A DNA stretch of 64,000 bases from Candidatus Omnitrophota bacterium (GCA_029261065.1 JAJDCB010000011.1:175168-239167); one strand, 5' to 3'; positions 1-10,426 are shown, numbered from the stretch's first letter. Notes: generated from the letters alone by a model not told the origin. A program made the numbers and translations.

Positions 1-2
1 CT

Positions 3-197
3 GAAAAGCCGTATTTTGAAAGCCCGTTTTATTGCCTGGAGGATTATGATTGCATGGGGAGTTTGGCTGAGGGAGAGAAGCTGTGTCAAAATTTTATATA
101 TTCTCAGCTTTATACCCAAAAAGAGGGGGATTTTGAGTGTTTATGCCAAGAGCATATTTGTCAGCCAAAAGAGGCTGGTGTACATCGTCATGATTAG
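3..197 (+). CDS. 3' end of a gene with a Cys-rich C-terminal domain (5'-truncated by the window edge)
   Basis: Frame 3 is open from the edge to TAG at 195-197: EKPYFESPFYCLEDYDC...LCQN...ECLCQEHIC...; six Cys in a disulfide-module pattern. Not in the ORF track. Confidence 0.65.
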   Translation, partial: EKPYFESPFYCLEDYDCMGSLAEGEKLCQNFIYSQLYTQKEGDFECLCQEHICQPKEAGVHRHD

Positions 198-215
198 GGT
201 AACAAAATAAAGCTT

Positions 216-289
216 GTCGTCCTGATCCAAAAATTTGTTGTTTATAAGGTCCTAAAACTAAGTAGATTCTCGATGCCTCGGGAATGACA
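216..289. repeat. Degenerate REP/dRS3-like palindrome pair
   Basis: TGTCGTCCTGA at 216 and AGATTCTCGATGCCTCGGGAATGACA at 264-289 match the family found at 19449-31000 and 62247-62325. Confidence 0.6.
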
Positions 290-376
290 GATTATTGAAC
301 ACCCCACAAATGTTCGTTTCCTTAATTGTGACGAAGTACACTGAGCAGGAGTGAGGAAAAGGATTTGTAAATTATT

Positions 377-405
377 TTGCTTAAAGCTATGAAGCAGGGT
401 ATACT
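377..405 (+). promoter_or_regulatory. Putative sigma70 promoter
   Basis: TTGCTT-N17-TATACT. Confidence 0.4.
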
Positions 406-563
406 TTCAATAAGAAAGGCATATTAATGATCGAAGAATTTTTAGTGGCAATTCCAACGCAAAGCTCCCCATTTCAATGGTTTGCATTATTTTTCCTAAC
501 AAAATTTGTTATGGCACAGGACAATTTTTTAAGAATATCACCCAAAAGGATCAAGGAGGATCT

Positions 564-797
564 ATGAACATTATGGATTTGAGAGAATTGTTAAAGGATA
601 AGCGTGTCATAGAAGAAATTAATAAACATCTTTGGATTGAGAGTCAAAAGGCGGGCTACAGTATCGGAATTGAGCGGGCTACGGATGAATGGTTGAGATT
701 ATATTCGACAGGTTGGATGAAATATAATCAACCTGAAAAATATGCAAAGTTGGTTCGAAAGAAGAAAAAGGCTCCTAAAAAAGTTTCCAAAAGATAA
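564..797 (+). CDS. Small DUF4032-like protein with Lys-rich tail
   Basis: EINKHLWIESQKAGYSIGIERATDEW motif; AAGGAGGA SD before ATG 564, so the 477 start is unlikely. Confidence 0.65.
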   Translation: MNIMDLRELLKDKRVIEEINKHLWIESQKAGYSIGIERATDEWLRLYSTGWMKYNQPEKYAKLVRKKKKAPKKVSKR

Positions 798-811
798 AAT
801 TTTTGACAAAT

Positions 812-843
812 AAAAAACCCTCTGAGTGATCAGAGGGTTTTTT
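812..843. terminator. Bidirectional intrinsic terminator
   Basis: AAAAAACCCTCTGA-GTGA-TCAGAGGGTTTTTT between convergent genes. Confidence 0.9.
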
Positions 844-862
844 ATTTCTATTGGCAGCCCAA

Positions 863-1111
863 TTATTTTCTCTTTGTTGCTTTTTTCTTCGCTGCTTTTC
901 TCTTTGTTGTTTTCTTCTTCGCTGCTTTTTTCTTTGTTGCTTTTTTCTTTGTTGCTTTTTTTCTTGTTACTTTTTTCTTTGCAGCTTTTCTCTTTGTTGC
1001 TTTTTTCTTTGTTGCTTTTTTTCTTGTTGCTTTTTTCTTAGCTGCTTTTTTCTTTGTTGCTTTTCTTTTTGGTGCTGCTTTCTTTCTTGTTGCTTTTCTT
1101 TTTACGGCCAT
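863..1111 (-). CDS. Histone H1-like (Hc1/Hc2-type) Lys/Ala/Thr pentapeptide-repeat DNA-binding protein
   Basis: 82 aa almost entirely KKKAT/KRKAA repeats; AGGAGGAAG SD on the minus strand; terminator downstream. Confidence 0.85.
   Translation of the reverse strand: MAVKRKATRKKAAPKRKATKKKAAKKKATRKKATKKKATKRKAAKKKVTRKKATKKKATKKKAAKKKTTKRKAAKKKATKRK
866..1102. repeat. Degenerate 15-bp tandem repeat encoding the pentapeptide
   Basis: Recurring TTTTTTCTTTGTTGC-like units. Confidence 0.85.
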
Positions 1112-1375
1112 ATTCTTCCTCCTTTATTAAGAGATTTGTTCGCCTTGTTATAGTTTTATATTAGCATGAAGTTTTTTTTATGCAAAAATAATTTAACTTT
1201 TTTTAGAAAAAAAATGTTTTTAAAATTCATTTTTATTTTATTTTTGAATTGAAAATATAAAAATGACGACGAGAGTTTTAATGTTACAATAAGCATTAAA
1301 ACTGATAGAATGTTAGCGGAATAAAAAATAAAATAAAATGTCAAAAAAGTTATAAATTAATACAAAAATAAAATT

Positions 1376-2482
1376 ATGTCATCTTTATACGTACATATTC
1401 CCTTTTGTCAGCGAAAGTGTTTTTATTGTTCATTTGTGGTTTCTATCGCACAAGAACAACGCATGGAATCGTATTGTCATTGTTTAGAAAAAGAAATGAG
1501 ACAGTATAAAGATGAAAGCTTAGATACAGTTTATATTGGTGGGGGGACGCCAACGTACCTAAAGGAAAATCAAATCGAATACTTGTTAAAGGCTATTCAC
1601 CAAAACTTCCAAATTTCTTCTAATTGTGAAATAACAATGGAAGCCAACCCAGAAGGGTTGACGCCTTTGAAATTAGATATCATAAAAAAATATGGTGTCA
1701 CCCGTTTAAGTTTGGGGGTGCAATCTTTAAATAATAATTTTTTAAAATACTTGGGCCGAAATCATAATTCTTTAAAAGCTTATGAAGCCTTTAAGCTTTT
1801 AAGAGAACACTCCTTTGATAACATTAATTGTGATCTTATGTTTTCTTTTCCACAACAAACATTGGAGCAATTAAATGAAGATTTAGATGCGATGATGACT
1901 TTAGAGAGTGATCATATATCTCTTTATGGATTAACGATTGAAGAAAGAAGTCGGTTTTTTGTCAAAAATACGATTCTTCCAGATAGTCATCTGCAAGCCG
2001 AGTTTTATACAACCATTCTCAAACGATTAGAAGCTAATGGGTACCAGCAATATGAAATTAGCAATTTTGCAAAACCAGGAAAAGAATCAAAACATAATTT
2101 GAATTATTGGCATGGAGGCAATTATAGAGGCGTAGGTATTGGAGCGCATTCTCATAAAGACGGTAAGCGTTTTTGGAACCTTTCTCAATTGACGCAATAC
2201 ATCAAATGCATAGAAGATGGATTGCCTGTTGTTGAGGAGGGTGAGGAATTAGCAGTACATACTCAAATGATGGAAACGATTTTGTTTGGATTAAGGATGA
2301 ATCAAGGTGTTGATATCAAAGCGATAGAAAGACGTTACGATTGTAGTGTTGATCAAAATACAACGCAACAAATAGAAAGTTTTATCAAAGAAGGGTTTTT
2401 AGTCAAAAGCGATGAGCGATTACAAACGACTCTGAAGGGAAAGTTAGTTTTAGATGAGATAAGTGTTAGATTGATTTCTTAG
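1376..2482 (+). CDS. hemW: Radical SAM heme chaperone HemW (HemN-like)
   Basis: YVHIPFC-x3-C-x2-C, GGGTP, YEISN, HNLNYW. Confidence 0.9.
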   Translation: MSSLYVHIPFCQRKCFYCSFVVSIAQEQRMESYCHCLEKEMRQYKDESLDTVYIGGGTPTYLKENQIEYLLKAIHQNFQISSNCEITMEANPEGLTPLKLDIIKKYGVTRLSLGVQSLNNNFLKYLGRNHNSLKAYEAFKLLREHSFDNINCDLMFSFPQQTLEQLNEDLDAMMTLESDHISLYGLTIEERSRFFVKNTILPDSHLQAEFYTTILKRLEANGYQQYEISNFAKPGKESKHNLNYWHGGNYRGVGIGAHSHKDGKRFWNLSQLTQYIKCIEDGLPVVEEGEELAVHTQMMETILFGLRMNQGVDIKAIERRYDCSVDQNTTQQIESFIKEGFLVKSDERLQTTLKGKLVLDEISVRLIS

Positions 2483-3587
2483 TGGTGTGCAGTTCTCTTA
2501 AGCGGTAACTATGTTGAAAAAGCTGGTGGATGGCATCTGCGATGATTGTTTTATATTTTTTATGCATTTTTAAACTATTTAGGATTTTGTTTGTTTTATC
2601 GATTCTTTCTTGAACGGCGTTAAGGCAATAGTCAAAACTGCCTGCGGCAACAAAAATTTTTCTAATAGTTACGAGATCTTGATAATTTTTAGTTTCCTTA
2701 TTAAAAATTTGAGTAAACTGTTTGCGTTTTTGAGCGGAAAGTTTGTTGTAGGCATGGCAAACAAGTAGAGTTTTCTTTGATTCGGCAAGATCACTTAAAA
2801 TTGATTTTCCGATATTTTTTTGAGAATCAAATATACCAATGATATCATCTTGGATTTGAAAGGCTTGTCCAACAAGAATCCCAAGTTCCGAAAGTTTTTT
2901 GATATCTTTATCATCAGCGCCTGCCAAAATGGCACCTGTGACAAGAGGACAATCAAATGTATAGCGAGCTGTTTTTAGCGTGTAATTTAAAAATACATCG
3001 CTTTCTTTAACTTTGCTTAGTTTTTCAACGCCATGAAGTGTATCAATAAATTCTCCCATCGCCGTGAACGCTGCCGTTTGAATAAAATATTTTAAAGCCC
3101 GCTCCTTACGTTTGGGTGTTTCTTTAATAGAAAGAAAAGCATCGATAGCAAAAGCGTAGACGATGTCTCCTGCAATAATTCCTAAATCATATCCTAACTT
3201 ATCACGATCTTCGGTTTTGATGATGCGTCCTAGAACTTTGTGGAGCGTTGGTTTTCCTCGCCTTAGATTAGAACGATCAATAATATCATCATGTATGAGC
3301 ATGAAGTTATGTAGGAGTTCGATACAGGTGGATGCGTTATATAAACTTTTTGATGTTTTTTTGTTTGGGCTGTATCCCTTATAGCTTAGAATTAAGAGGA
3401 GGGGGCGTAAGCGTTTGCCTTTGCGAAGGGAAAATTCGCGAATGCTCTCATATAGGATGGGATTAACAAGATGGAGTTTGTAATCAACTTTGATCTTATC
3501 CATGAAAGCTTCTAAGCTTTCTTCAATTTTTGCTCGAATTTCTGAAACCATGAGGCACATCGTATCACAGAAGAGTTTTCCATTCAA
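2466..3587 (-). CDS. Polyprenyl (GGPP-type) diphosphate synthase
   Basis: GKRLRP, HDDIID..RRG, FQIQDDIIG; the true start may be a later Met. Confidence 0.9.
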   Translation of the reverse strand: MNGKLFCDTMCLMVSEIRAKIEESLEAFMDKIKVDYKLHLVNPILYESIREFSLRKGKRLRPLLLILSYKGYSPNKKTSKSLYNASTCIELLHNFMLIHDDIIDRSNLRRGKPTLHKVLGRIIKTEDRDKLGYDLGIIAGDIVYAFAIDAFLSIKETPKRKERALKYFIQTAAFTAMGEFIDTLHGVEKLSKVKESDVFLNYTLKTARYTFDCPLVTGAILAGADDKDIKKLSELGILVGQAFQIQDDIIGIFDSQKNIGKSILSDLAESKKTLLVCHAYNKLSAQKRKQFTQIFNKETKNYQDLVTIRKIFVAAGSFDYCLNAVQERIDKTNKILNSLKMHKKYKTIIADAIHQLFQHSYRLRELHTTKKSI

Positions 3588-3763
3588 TATATTTCATTGT
3601 CGAATGTCTTTTCAAACGGTATTAAAATGGTATACTTTACTATATATAGAGAAGAACTTAGAGAAGTGTTTGTAGAATAAAGGTCGTTAATCAGGCAGGC
3701 ATCACTTAAGATGAGCCACATCATTTTTTAAATAAAAGATGATGGAAATCTCGGGAGTTATTG

Positions 3764-4381
3764 ATGAAAAGAATATTATGGAGTTTGTTTTTTATGATGA
3801 TTTGTTGTGTTCCAGAATTGGGAGCAGAGATTGTCCATTTAAAAAGTGGGAATACAGTTATTGGACGAATTACGGAAAGATCTTCATATTATATTGTTAT
3901 TGATAAGGGAGGGGCTGTTGATAAAATATTTCTAAATGAAATTGAGAGTATAGAAGATGAGCCTGCTCCTTTAGAAAATTTTGACGTCGACGATTTTATT
4001 AAGGATGTCCAGATTCAATCCATTAAGTTTGATAGATCTAAATTTCTCGTGATTCCTGAGGAAAAAGTCGATCTTATCGTCAAATTTATGGTTGTCAATG
4101 GGGCTTATGGTCAGATGCAAATTGCATTGGAGCAAGCGATATTAGCAGCACCAAATGACAGGAGAAAGGAAATTAAGGATTTGTTTGTATTAAGTGAAAT
4201 TATCGAAAAATTGGTGCCTGTTTATCATGATTTATTTACTGAGGAAGATTTAACCGCGATGGTTAACTTTTTTGCAAGCCCTACCGGAAAGAAATTTAAG
4301 GATTCTATGCCTCAAATCTATGAGAGAACAGCCCAAGTGGTCATAGAGTACTTTCAGGAAAAACGTAAATTTGTGCTATAA
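3764..4381 (+). CDS. Exported protein with C-terminal DUF2059-like domain
   Basis: Signal peptide; FTEEDLTAMVNFFASPTGKKF. Confidence 0.65.
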   Translation: MKRILWSLFFMMICCVPELGAEIVHLKSGNTVIGRITERSSYYIVIDKGGAVDKIFLNEIESIEDEPAPLENFDVDDFIKDVQIQSIKFDRSKFLVIPEEKVDLIVKFMVVNGAYGQMQIALEQAILAAPNDRRKEIKDLFVLSEIIEKLVPVYHDLFTEEDLTAMVNFFASPTGKKFKDSMPQIYERTAQVVIEYFQEKRKFVL

Positions 4382-4618
4382 AATCAAATTTTTAAAGCCA
4401 ATCCTACCTAAATTATCCTCGTCCATCAATTACACTTTTGTAAATTCTTCGTAAGTTAGTTTATGTCATTATGATAAGATTCAAATATTATTAAATAATG
4501 GCTGGAAAAAAGTTTAAATTCCAGTAATTGACAGCTTTTATTTTAGGCTGTAAGTATATTTGTTTCAATGGTTTATAAAAGTACGTATAAAAAATAGTGC
4601 TAAATATTTTCTTTTTGT

Positions 4619-4647
4619 TTGACCTTAAAAATTTTCTTTGTTATATT
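4619..4647 (+). promoter_or_regulatory. Putative sigma70 promoter of the pur cluster
   Basis: TTGACC-N17-TATATT upstream of the purB SD. Confidence 0.5.
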
Positions 4648-4681
4648 AGTGAAGTTCAAAATTCGAAAAAGGAGCTAAAGC

Positions 4682-5977
4682 ATGATTGAGCGTTATACAC
4701 TATCAAAAATGGGTAATATCTGGTCGGAGAAGCATAAGATGGAAATTATGCTTAAAATTGAGGTTTTGGCTTGTGAAGCGATGTGTAAATTAGGCCAGAT
4801 TCCCAAGAAATCTTTAGAAAAGATTAAAAAGAACGCAAAATTTGATATTGATGAAGTAAAAAAATTAGAAGAAAAGACAAAGCATGATATTGTTGCTTTT
4901 ATCAATAATGTTGGAGCTTATATAGGCGCTGATTCCCGATACTTGCATATGGGGTTAACATCATCAGATCTTTTGGATACATCCCTTTCCGTTCAATGCG
5001 TTGAGTCAAGTGAGCTTCTTTTGGCAGACATCAAGAAGATGCTCAATGTGTTAAAACAAAAAGCAAAAAAATATAAAGACACCCCTTGTATTGCACGAAC
5101 ACATGGTGTTCATGCGGAACCTACCACATTTGGTTTAAAATTAGCTGTTTGGTACGACGAAATGAAGCGAAATGCTGATCGTATGGAACAAGCTAAAGAA
5201 ATGATGCGTTTTGGAAAACTTTCAGGGGCTGTGGGAACGTATGCTAACATTGATCCTTATGTTGAAGAATATGTTTGTGAAAAGTTAGAGCTTAAGCCCG
5301 CTAATATTGCCACTCAGATTATACAACGTGATCATCATTGTCAATTTGTTACGACGTTAGCCTTGATCGGTTCAACATTAAATAAAATTTCGACAGAAAT
5401 TCGTTTGCTTCAGAAAACAGAGGTGCTTGAAGTAGAAGAACCTTTTTTTAAAGGTCAAATCGGATCCTCGGCGATGCCTCATAAAAGAAATCCCGTTGCC
5501 TGCGAACGAGTATCGGGTCTTTCTCGTCTTTTAAGATCGAATGCTCAAGCATCGTTTGAAAATATTTCTCTATGGCATGAAAGAGACATTAGTCATTCGT
5601 CTGTCGAACGTGTTATCCTTCCAGACAGTGCGATCGCACTTAACTACATGTTTCATACAATAATTCCAATCTTAGATGGGTTATTAGTTTATCCTAAGCA
5701 TATGATTGATAGTTTATCGAAGACGAAAGGTCTTATTTACTCTCAACGTGTTCTTCTTGAGTTAATGAAAAAGGGTTTAACAAGAGAAGCTGCTTATGAA
5801 ATTATTCAGCGTTGTGCTATGCAGGTTTGGCAAGATACGTCTGATTTTAAAGATATTTTAAATCGTGATCGAAAGGTAAGAAAATATCTAAAGCCAAGCG
5901 ATATTGATGCTTGTTTTGATATTAAATATTATACTCGACATACAGATAAAATTTTTAAAAGAGTGGGTTTAAGATAA
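4682..5977 (+). CDS. purB: Adenylosuccinate lyase
   Basis: MIERY, RTHGVHAEPTTFG, GSSAMPHKRNP signature. Confidence 0.97.
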   Translation: MIERYTLSKMGNIWSEKHKMEIMLKIEVLACEAMCKLGQIPKKSLEKIKKNAKFDIDEVKKLEEKTKHDIVAFINNVGAYIGADSRYLHMGLTSSDLLDTSLSVQCVESSELLLADIKKMLNVLKQKAKKYKDTPCIARTHGVHAEPTTFGLKLAVWYDEMKRNADRMEQAKEMMRFGKLSGAVGTYANIDPYVEEYVCEKLELKPANIATQIIQRDHHCQFVTTLALIGSTLNKISTEIRLLQKTEVLEVEEPFFKGQIGSSAMPHKRNPVACERVSGLSRLLRSNAQASFENISLWHERDISHSSVERVILPDSAIALNYMFHTIIPILDGLLVYPKHMIDSLSKTKGLIYSQRVLLELMKKGLTREAAYEIIQRCAMQVWQDTSDFKDILNRDRKVRKYLKPSDIDACFDIKYYTRHTDKIFKRVGLR

Positions 5978-5992
5978 ACTAAAAAACATAAA

Positions 5993-6709
5993 ATGGAACA
6001 GCTCATGGAAAAAAAAGAAAAACTATATGAAGGAAAAGCAAAGATTCTTTATGCAACAGACGATCCTGATCTTGTAATTCAGTATTTCAAAGATGATGCA
6101 ACCGCATTTAATGCGGCCAAAAAAGGAACTGTTGAATCAAAAGGGATCATGAATAACAAGATCTCGACAAAGATTTTTGAGTTTTTAGCTTCAGAAGGTA
6201 TTCCAACACATTTAGTCAAAATTCTCAGTGATAGAGAAATGTTGGTCAAAAAAGTTGATATTGTTTTGGTAGAGGTGATCATTCGTAATCGCGCTGCTGG
6301 GTCACTATGCCGTTTGCTTGGCATTGAAGAAGGTCGAGAGTTATCTGAACCCATTTTAGAGTTTTGTTATAAGCGCGATGATTTAGGCGATCCGTTGATT
6401 AATGAATATCATATTCATGCCTTAAACTTGGCGACCCCAGAAGAAATAGCAGCGATTCGAGATTACACATTTAAAGTAAATAAGTTAATGAGTAAATTCT
6501 TTGCAAATCTTCAGTTAGAACTTATTGATTTTAAATTAGAATTTGGACGTCATAAAGGCAAAATTATTCTGGCCGATGAAATTTCACCAGACACTTGCCG
6601 CATTTGGGAAGTTGGAACAGGCAAAAGACTTGATAAAGATCGATTTCGTCATGATTTAGGAAATATTGAAGAAGCTTATCAAGAAGTTCTAAGTCGCGTA
6701 AGTAAATAA
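5993..6709 (+). CDS. purC: SAICAR synthetase
   Basis: LYEGKAK, DFKLEFG, LADEISPDTCR; alternative start at 6005. Confidence 0.97.
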   Translation: MEQLMEKKEKLYEGKAKILYATDDPDLVIQYFKDDATAFNAAKKGTVESKGIMNNKISTKIFEFLASEGIPTHLVKILSDREMLVKKVDIVLVEVIIRNRAAGSLCRLLGIEEGRELSEPILEFCYKRDDLGDPLINEYHIHALNLATPEEIAAIRDYTFKVNKLMSKFFANLQLELIDFKLEFGRHKGKIILADEISPDTCRIWEVGTGKRLDKDRFRHDLGNIEEAYQEVLSRVSK

Positions 6710-6811
6710 ATTTTGATCCTTACAAATTTTGTGTACTGAAAATTTTACCAAATCATAACACAAAATTTTTAAACCATACCCTGCACAATCATAACCTCTA
6801 CTAACAAATAC

Positions 6812-9715
6812 ATGATCTGGCGCATTGAAATAAAACAGAAGAATGGCGTGTTTGATCCCCACCGTGATAGTATACAAAAATCCATCGAAGAGCTTGGTTT
6901 AACTTCTATTACTGACGTTATTGTTGATCGTATTTTTTATCTTCATGGCGATTTAAACGAAACTCTCGTTCAAAAAATTGCTGATGAATTGTTGGTCGAT
7001 AAAATTACACAAGACTACACCTACACATCTAACTTCATATCTCTTAACAATACAAACGATAAAGAATGGAAAGCTATAGAAATTTCCTATAACCCTGGTG
7101 TTATGGATCCTGTTGAAGCCTCAACCGTTAAAGGGATTCGAGACTTGGGATGTCAGGGTGTTACATCCGTGCGTACGGCACAAAAATATTATCTTAAAGG
7201 AAAGGTTTCGAAGCAAAAGTTAGATCTTATTATCAATAAAGTATTATCTAATAAGCTGATTCAGCATGTTGTTGATTATAAGCAGATTGAAAAAAACTTT
7301 ATGCCTGTTGCAACGGATAATAAATTTGAATTGCTTCTAGTCGAATTGCTTAAAGCAAATGACTCTAAACTTAAAAAAATTAGTCAAGAGGGTCAGTTGT
7401 TTTTAAATCTTGATGAGATGAAAACAATACAAAAACATTATAAGAAATTAAAGCGTAACCCAACGGATGTCGAGCTTGAGACGATCGCGCAGACTTGGAG
7501 TGAGCATTGTTTTCACAAAACATTTAGAGGTAACATCCGTTATCAGTCTGTAGAAGGTGGGAAAAAGAAAACAACTTTAATTCGTAATTTGCTTAAATCA
7601 ACAATTGTTAAGGCAACCAAAGAGATTAATAAATCGTGGTGTGTTTCTGTCTTTGATGATAATGCGGGTGTAATAAAGTTTGATAAAGATTCTCATGTGT
7701 GCATTAAGGTAGAAACGCATAACCACCCATCAGCCCTCGAGCCTTTTGGTGGGGCTAATACAGGTATAGGTGGGGTCATTCGCGATATATTAGGAACGGG
7801 GCTTGGCGCAAAACCTATTTGTAACACGGATGTCTTTTGTTTTGCTTCTCCAGATATGGAATTTAAAGATGTCCCTCCTGGTTCTTTGCATCCAAAACGT
7901 GTGATGAAAGGTGTTGTTAGCGGTGTACGTGATTATGGAAATAAAATGGGTATTCCGACAGTCAATGGTTCCATTTTATTTGATGAAAAATTTGTGGGTA
8001 ATCCTTTAGTTTATTGTGGTAGTGTTGGAATTTTGCCGAAAGATAAAGTTAAAAAGAAAGTTTTTAAAGGTGATTTAGTTGTGGTTGTCGGTGGAAAGAC
8101 AGGCCGTGATGGGATTCATGGGGCGACATTTTCTTCGGGAGAATTAACGGATGAGTCAGAGGTTGTTTCCTCGGGTGCTGTTCAGATTGGTGATCCTATT
8201 CAAGAGAAGAAGGTTCTAGATGCGTTATTAAAAGCTCGAGACAAAAATCTTTATACCTCTATTACAGATTGTGGTGCGGGCGGTCTTTCAAGTGCTATTG
8301 GAGAAATGGGACAAGAGTTAGGGGCACGCATTGACTTGGATAAGGTTCCTTTAAAATATGATGGCTTGCGTTACATGGAAATTTGGATTTCAGAGTCTCA
8401 GGAACGTCTTGTTATGTCAGTAAGTCCAAAGAATGTAGATAAATTTTTACAAGTTTTTGCTGATGAAAATGTTGAGGCAACAGTGATCGGAGAGTTTGTC
8501 GATTCAAAACAGCTTGGCCTATTTTTTCATGGCTGTCAGGTGTGTGATTTAAGTATGGAATTTCTATTTGAAGGGACGCCACGAATTACGAAAGAGGCTG
8601 TTTGGAAAACGCCTAGGTTAAGCGAGCCAAAAATTCCTTTGAAGACTGATTTAAATGTCAAATTACTTGAAGCCTTGTCTCATTATAACGTTTGTTCCAA
8701 AGAATGGGTTGTGCGTCAATATGATCATGAAGTTCAGGGGGGAAGTGTTATCAAACCTTTTGTGGGACGTAAAAATGATGGGCCTTCAGATGCTGCTGTT
8801 ATTACACCTAAATTAGATTCAAATAAAGGGCTCGCTATCTCCAATGGTATTAATGTTCGTTTCGGTATGATTGACCCTTTTTGGATGGCAGCCTCTTGTA
8901 TTGATGAAGCGCTACGTCAAATTGTGTCCGTGGGTGGCGATGTTAGTAAAATTGCTATACTCGATAATTTTTGTTGGGGCAATCCTGATAAGCCGGACCG
9001 ATTAGGCTCTATGGTGCGCGCGTCACTTGGGTGTTATAAAGCGGCCGTCGCTTATCAAACACCTTTTATTTCCGGAAAAGATAGCTTGTACAATGAATAC
9101 ACCCAGGGGAAAAAATCAATTGCTATCCCCGGCACGATCTTAATCTCGGCTCTTGGTATTATCGAAGATGTTAGTAAAACGATTACCATGGATTTTAAAG
9201 GGCACGATAATCTTATTTATTGTGTAGGGCAAACATATGATGAGTTGGGCGGTTCGATTTATTTAGATACGTGTGGGTCGTTGGGAAAGAATGTGCCGAT
9301 TGTTAATTTTAAACAGGGGCTTAAAACATTTCAGGCGTTAACGGGTGCTGTTAAAAAGAGATTGATTGCTTCGATGCACGATTGTTCTGAAGGGGGGTTG
9401 GCGGTTGCCTTAAGTGAGATGGCGTTTAGCGGTGGGTTTGGAGTAAGTGTTCGATTAGATCATGTTCCTTATAAAGGAAAGACAAAGCGCAATGACAATA
9501 TTTTGTTTTCCGAATCCAATTCGAGATTTTTAGTCGAGGTGGATCCGAAGAATCAGAAAAAGTTTGAGAAGCAAATGGGTTCAGTTCCACATCGTTGCAT
9601 CGGCACAACAGAGAAGACGCCTGAGTTTATTGTTTATGGGGTTAAACAAGATGTATGCCTGAATGTGTATCTAAAAGATTTAAAGGAAGCGTGGAAAGCG
9701 CCATTACGTTTTTAA
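6812..9715 (+). CDS. purL: FGAM synthase PurL with fused N-terminal PurS-like region
   Basis: QTWSEHC, KVETHNHPS, GRDGIHGA, QYDHEV; N-terminal GVFDP and PGVMDP segments are PurS-like. Confidence 0.95.
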   Translation: MIWRIEIKQKNGVFDPHRDSIQKSIEELGLTSITDVIVDRIFYLHGDLNETLVQKIADELLVDKITQDYTYTSNFISLNNTNDKEWKAIEISYNPGVMDPVEASTVKGIRDLGCQGVTSVRTAQKYYLKGKVSKQKLDLIINKVLSNKLIQHVVDYKQIEKNFMPVATDNKFELLLVELLKANDSKLKKISQEGQLFLNLDEMKTIQKHYKKLKRNPTDVELETIAQTWSEHCFHKTFRGNIRYQSVEGGKKKTTLIRNLLKSTIVKATKEINKSWCVSVFDDNAGVIKFDKDSHVCIKVETHNHPSALEPFGGANTGIGGVIRDILGTGLGAKPICNTDVFCFASPDMEFKDVPPGSLHPKRVMKGVVSGVRDYGNKMGIPTVNGSILFDEKFVGNPLVYCGSVGILPKDKVKKKVFKGDLVVVVGGKTGRDGIHGATFSSGELTDESEVVSSGAVQIGDPIQEKKVLDALLKARDKNLYTSITDCGAGGLSSAIGEMGQELGARIDLDKVPLKYDGLRYMEIWISESQERLVMSVSPKNVDKFLQVFADENVEATVIGEFVDSKQLGLFFHGCQVCDLSMEFLFEGTPRITKEAVWKTPRLSEPKIPLKTDLNVKLLEALSHYNVCSKEWVVRQYDHEVQGGSVIKPFVGRKNDGPSDAAVITPKLDSNKGLAISNGINVRFGMIDPFWMAASCIDEALRQIVSVGGDVSKIAILDNFCWGNPDKPDRLGSMVRASLGCYKAAVAYQTPFISGKDSLYNEYTQGKKSIAIPGTILISALGIIEDVSKTITMDFKGHDNLIYCVGQTYDELGGSIYLDTCGSLGKNVPIVNFKQGLKTFQALTGAVKKRLIASMHDCSEGGLAVALSEMAFSGGFGVSVRLDHVPYKGKTKRNDNILFSESNSRFLVEVDPKNQKKFEKQMGSVPHRCIGTTEKTPEFIVYGVKQDVCLNVYLKDLKEAWKAPLRF

Positions 9716-9739
9716 CGGAATAATAAAAGGTGAGGCCAT

Positions 9740-10426
9740 ATGGGAAATAAAGCACGTATCAAAAAGAACGCAAAAGAAAAAATTTTAGAAATGGAAGATT
9801 TGAAGCTGGAAGACCCTTGGCGCGTTTTTCGTATCATGGCCGAATTTGTTGAAGGGTTTCATGAGATGAAAGATGTTAACAACGCGGTTAGTATTTTTGG
9901 TTCAGCGCGGACGAAAAAAACGCATCGCTGGTACAAACAAGCGGAACGCACTGCTCAGTTACTTGTTAAAGAAGGTTATTCTGTTATTACCGGAGGTGGT
10001 CCTGGTGCTATGGAAGCTGGTAATAAAGGGGCGGCTAAAGCCAAGGGACAGTCTATTGGTTTAAATATCGATTTGCCTTTTGAACAAAAACCAAATCGTT
10101 ATGTGAACCATTTAATTAATTTTCATTATTTCTTTTGTCGAAAAGTTATGTTTGTAAAATACGCCAAAGCTTTTGTTATTTTTCCAGGAGGGTTTGGAAC
10201 GCTTGATGAATTGTTTGAAAGTCTGACTCTTATTCAAACACATCGTACGGAGAAGTTTCCAGTCATTATGTATGATAGTAAATTTTGGGGTGGGCTCATA
10301 GATTGGATTAAAAAAGAGGTTCTAAAGGTAAGAAATATTGATGCTGATGATATGCATTTATTTACAGTCGTTGATTCTCCGGAAGCCGTTATTAAAGTTA
10401 TTAAAGATTATTATAAAACCAAATAA
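9740..10426 (+). CDS. LOG-family (TIGR00730) nucleotide monophosphate nucleosidase
   Basis: FGSAR, TGGGPGAMEA, PGGFGTLDE. Confidence 0.9.
   Translation: MGNKARIKKNAKEKILEMEDLKLEDPWRVFRIMAEFVEGFHEMKDVNNAVSIFGSARTKKTHRWYKQAERTAQLLVKEGYSVITGGGPGAMEAGNKGAAKAKGQSIGLNIDLPFEQKPNRYVNHLINFHYFFCRKVMFVKYAKAFVIFPGGFGTLDELFESLTLIQTHRTEKFPVIMYDSKFWGGLIDWIKKEVLKVRNIDADDMHLFTVVDSPEAVIKVIKDYYKTK

Noticed and set aside
16-210. 64-aa ORF in the track
   Set aside because: The overlapping frame 3..197 gives a more protein-like Cys-patterned C-terminus
826-1153. Leu/Phe-rich and Cys/Phe-rich + strand ORFs
   Set aside because: Antisense shadows of the Lys-rich repeat gene
4382-4681. Purine or ZTP riboswitch ahead of purB
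   Set aside because: The spacer is AT-rich with no recognisable aptamer, and the promoter-like site lies close to the start codon
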